From: Craspedostauros australis
Taxonomy: Eukaryota
Reading direction: 5' to 3'
DNA length: 64,000 bases
NCBI GenBank assembly: GCA_030167865.1
Contig: JALAGF010005392.1
Coordinates: 1 to 64,000 of the forward strand
How positions within the stretch are numbered: position 1 is the first letter of the stretch; every line of letters starts with the position of its first letter. Of this stretch, positions 60,327 to 64,000 are shown one piece after another. The notes below the pieces were generated by a model, which saw only the letters and a list, made by a program, of their open reading frames with translations, had not been told where the DNA came from and ran no database searches. A program made the translations under genes and the position numbers.

Positions 60327-61369
60327 GGAATTTGGCTTTTCGCCTCCCTCGAAAGGTTCTCCTGTGTCACGATCCTTAGTGTTGTTGTTGGTATCGACTT
60401 CGGTGTTGTGGGTGACGCACAGCATGAAGGTCCGTGAGAGTTCGGCTTCGCTCCTGGCTCGCACGACCACGCATCTTCAGAGAGGTAGGTACCCTGTCGT
60501 GGATGGTCTGGAGTGGATGTGGGGTGTTGTGGTGTGGTGTGATGTGATGTGATGGACATCATCGCACAAACGTTGGCGGCGCCTCATGTTGTTCTCTGAT
60601 GGCCAATTCGTCTGGACGTCGTACGGCAAGAAAAACGTCAGGTGGCACCCGGAGGTTAAACTATCTCATCTCCGTTTGTTCTTTGGCATTCTCAAGTCGC
60701 AGATGACGTCACAGAATACGATGGTGTGGTGATTGGACGTACTCACGGTCAGACTTTCGCGCCACGAGTGAACCGAAACATCAATCGTGTTTGGGCATTT
60801 CCACCAAGTTGTGATCGTGTCTCGGATCGTCGTTTTTGTCGCAATCCCCACCATGTCACATCATCATCGTCATCATCTCTGACCCCTTGCTGTCTTCGAC
60901 CCGCCTGTCGCAACGCACAACCCATCATCTCTCTTGGGTCCACGATCGAGGGAACTTCGCTCCGAGGCGATGTCCACACCAAAGTCGAGATTGTATGAGG
61001 AATCAATGAGAGGATGAACACGAACCAAACATGAACTAAACACCATGCTAACATCAACCAAACAACACAAGATCCTTGATGATACTCTCCCCTTGTGTGA
61101 TGCGTGTACTCCGTTCACATCCAAACCAAGTCGGACTCGTACCCCCACTCTGCCCTTTGGCCAAACAGCCACCTTCGCCCTCAGAAAAGCACCACAGCTT
61201 CCATCCTCATCACCACCGCTGAAGCAACACGCAACATCGCCACAACCTTAGCTGCTCACGCTTCAGCAGAAGTAGCAACACCAACAACCCCTTGCTCCTT
61301 CCTCCCATTCTTGCTCTCGCCCTCGTTCGTTGACCACCGTCGTTCGCACACAAAACGAGTACAGCGATA

Positions 61370-62023
61370 ATGGTTGGCCTCAAGCCAAAAAGGCAAAAGG
61401 TGGAAGCGCCTCCGTCACCACCACTACTGCAGCCTACAAATGCGAAAGTGATTGGGAGCTATATTGCACATCATTGCGAGCAATCTGAAGATCCCGACGC
61501 CAACACCAAAGAAGGGGGTTCCAAGGAAGCTTCCTTGGAGGAGAGAATATTTCAGAGGAGGATCATCAACAACGAGACGGAATTCTCTGCTCTTGGCTCC
61601 ATGAGCGACTTCCTGACCTCGTCGGTGGAGGATTTTGGCAACACTCTGGTCCACAGATGGCTCATGGCACATGTGGAACAATCCAAGAATGTCCCAACCT
61701 GCATCGCCAATAGCGTCACAAAGAACAGGGAAGGGAAGGAACTCCAAGGCTCCGAGAAGGCCATCGAAGGGGTGCACAAGGAACTCCTTGGTGTCACAGA
61801 CGAGCGCCGCACAAAATACAACCGTGACAACGATGGCAAAATAAGGTTTGAGAGGCTCAATTGCCGCTCCGCGGATGGCGACGGTCTGGCCTATTACATG
61901 GGGGGCGCTATGTTCCGCCACGAAGGAATCTCGAACGTAAAAATGAACAACACCTTCATTCAGAAGCCCAAGCTTGACAGCAATATTATGACCAAGGTTG
62001 TTGGCAAGTTCCGCTCACAGTAA
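61370..62023 (+). CDS. Hypothetical 217-aa protein
   Basis: ATG-started ORF after a CA-rich leader, with coding-like composition and NLS-like KPKRQK. No family recognised. It may be incomplete, with a possible donor near 62020 and a gap downstream. Confidence 0.5.
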   Translation: MVGLKPKRQKVEAPPSPPLLQPTNAKVIGSYIAHHCEQSEDPDANTKEGGSKEASLEERIFQRRIINNETEFSALGSMSDFLTSSVEDFGNTLVHRWLMAHVEQSKNVPTCIANSVTKNREGKELQGSEKAIEGVHKELLGVTDERRTKYNRDNDGKIRFERLNCRSADGDGLAYYMGGAMFRHEGISNVKMNNTFIQKPKLDSNIMTKVVGKFRSQ

Positions 62024-62383
62024 CCTACGATCGTGGAAGATGGTGTTGGTTGATAGTTGTCTGTTTGCTATTTCATTACTTGGTTACTCCGATCCTCTCG
62101 GTGTACACCAGTTGTCTTACCCGATGCTCTTGGTGCTTCAATCTGTTTTGTAGATTCGGTCTCCGACTATGAGTCGGTACGCGAGATCCTCTCTCGCTCC
62201 TCTCTGTATTCTCTCTCTCTCTCTCTCTCTCAACATCATGTGCTCATGCTACACGATACTCCGTGTTCGATACGTATTCCGCATTCGACACTCCGTTCGT
62301 TCAGTACTGGTTCCTACTCCATGAGTACTTACCATTTGAAGTTCACCTTCAGTATCCATCATCTTCATGGGTCATCGGATCTT

Positions 62384-62481
62384 NNNNNNNNNNNNNNNNN
62401 NNNNNNNNNNNNNNNNNNNNNNNNNNNNNNNNNNNNNNNNNNNNNNNNNNNNNNNNNNNNNNNNNNNNNNNNNNNNNNNNN
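62384..62481. other. Assembly gap (98 N)
   Basis: Run of N. Confidence 0.99.
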
Positions 62482-62696
62482 GAAGTACCTCGAGATTCTC
62501 TTGGTACCATTGGTGGATGGACGGACGATCTTCCAATTCTCTCAGAAATCGTTATTTGCAAATTTTCTCCAGAAATCTTGCCCCTTTTCATGTGTTCCAT
62601 TTCCGCTGTAATTCTGACGAATCCCATCATACTATTGACATGAATATAGTTATACCGTTCAAGTGCATATGAGAGAATAGCGGGTGAACGATGCAC

Positions 62697-64000
62697 ATAA
62701 ATAAATAAATAACTCAAGGATTAGTCGGTCTTATGCTGCGACTGCGTCGGCGACGCTTTTCTCCGCCTCCTTTCAACTCCATGTGGAACACATGGAGGGG
62801 GTACGGAATCTGAGGTATGTGTATTGGACTCTGTCGGTGTTCTTGCGTGGTATTCTCACTTGGGTGCTTCTGTCGGACGTCGAATTTGGAAACCTGTGCG
62901 CGAGTGGACTTGCATCCACTTGGCTAGTGGTCCGGCGGCCATGCGGGTATGGAGTAGCCTTGCGGCCTGCTCCATCCACAGGGCTACGCTTGCTGCGTCG
63001 GCGTCCCTTCCTGGGTAAGACTTGCGGATGCGCTTGTGCGCAATATTGTTGTCTTGGAGCTTGCCGGCCAGATCTTCCGACCTGGCTCGCATGGCCTCCA
63101 TCATATCTTGCTCAGCTGACTCGGCTTCGTGAAACATGTCATGATTTCGAAGCCGCCATTGCTCCCACGCTACTTTCCATACGCGTCGGGCCAGCTCTGC
63201 CCCCCACGTTAGGGGCGATCGTCGCGATCCCTGACTCACCAGGAAGTCTGTCTGTATGCTCACCCACTTGGACCCGATCATTCCTCGCGAGAGGGAGATT
63301 TGGCCTATCTGTCGTTGCTGCTCCACTGCTTCCGCCGTTGAGCCTCGCACGCTAGTCGATTGCAGGTAGGCCGCTCCGGCGAACTGGCTTTTCAACATCG
63401 CTGTCATTGCCGCCGTGACTTGTGGACTCGTCGGGTACTTCGCCATCCACATCCGGATTCCGAGTAGGTGCTTCTTCGTCGCCTCCTTCCGGTGCTCCGC
63501 GGGGCATTCCCAGATGTGCTTCGAAGTCTCTTCCGCACCACAACTGGGGCATTGGCTGGATTCTCGGAGCCCCCACTGCTTCATGCGTCGTCCCACGGCT
63601 GCTTCCCCTGCGACCAGCTTGAACGTCAGCGCCGCGCTGGCGTGATCCAGACCCTTGATTGCCCTGCTTACCACCGGCCAACTGACTTCCGCTGCCTGGT
63701 GTACCACTTTCCGTTTGCGTAGGATCTCGAAGGTTGATGCGGCCAGACCTTCCTCGGCTATATGTGCGTAGCGCACCGAGGTTATCTTCATATGCCTGAA
63801 GAGGCATACTTCCTCCCCTTCGATGATCCCATCATAAGGCGTGGCTCCCTGGTTGGATCGTCGTTGCGCCCCGGCCAGTCTGTCAGCTTCCACGTTCATT
63901 CTCGCCCAGTCGTCCAGTTCGTGCCATGGCTTGCCGTCGTCTTGGTGTCCCTTCACGTGTCTTCCGACGATCTCTATCGGTAGTCGTCGCATTTTGTGCC
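62697..64000 (-). mobile_element. 3' portion of a non-LTR retrotransposon (LINE) with RNase H and C-terminal zinc-binding region; Ambal-like by inference
   Basis: Frame is open from the window edge to the stop at 62856. It shows the RNase H C-terminus HVKGHQD...NVEADRLA, a zinc motif CPSCGAEETSKHIWEC and W...W.LRN. A (TTTA)n tract lies about 145 bp past the stop. Confidence 0.82.

Overview
Eukaryotic nuclear DNA, most consistent with a diatom or other stramenopile. The basis is short GT-AG introns, GC-rich synonymous positions, signal-peptide-plus-transit-like N-termini, abundant microsatellites and an RNase H-bearing LINE; the species cannot be fixed from sequence alone. About 19 protein-coding genes are supported: a CDK11/CDKG-type kinase, a C2-domain membrane protein, an atypical ABC half-transporter, MsrA, an HD hydrolase, ATG8, a likely myristoylated small protein, a DUF3427-like protein, a seven-beta-strand lysine methyltransferase, condensin II subunit NCAPH2, a fumarylacetoacetase/GST-zeta fusion, a 2-oxoglutarate/malate carrier, an HA-repeat protein, two unknown ORFs and four RVxF-domain paralogues. 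The window ends in the 3' part of a non-LTR retrotransposon next to an assembly gap. Two items stand out. (1) A ~25 kb cluster of four intronless, largely disordered paralogues shares a C-terminal RVxF-led domain and short internal motifs, consistent with a family of PP1-targeting proteins. (2) In the FAH-MAAI fusion, both halves appear to have lost key catalytic or substrate-binding residues. No rRNA, tRNA or CRISPR features were recognised. All family assignments come from motif recognition by eye, not database searches.
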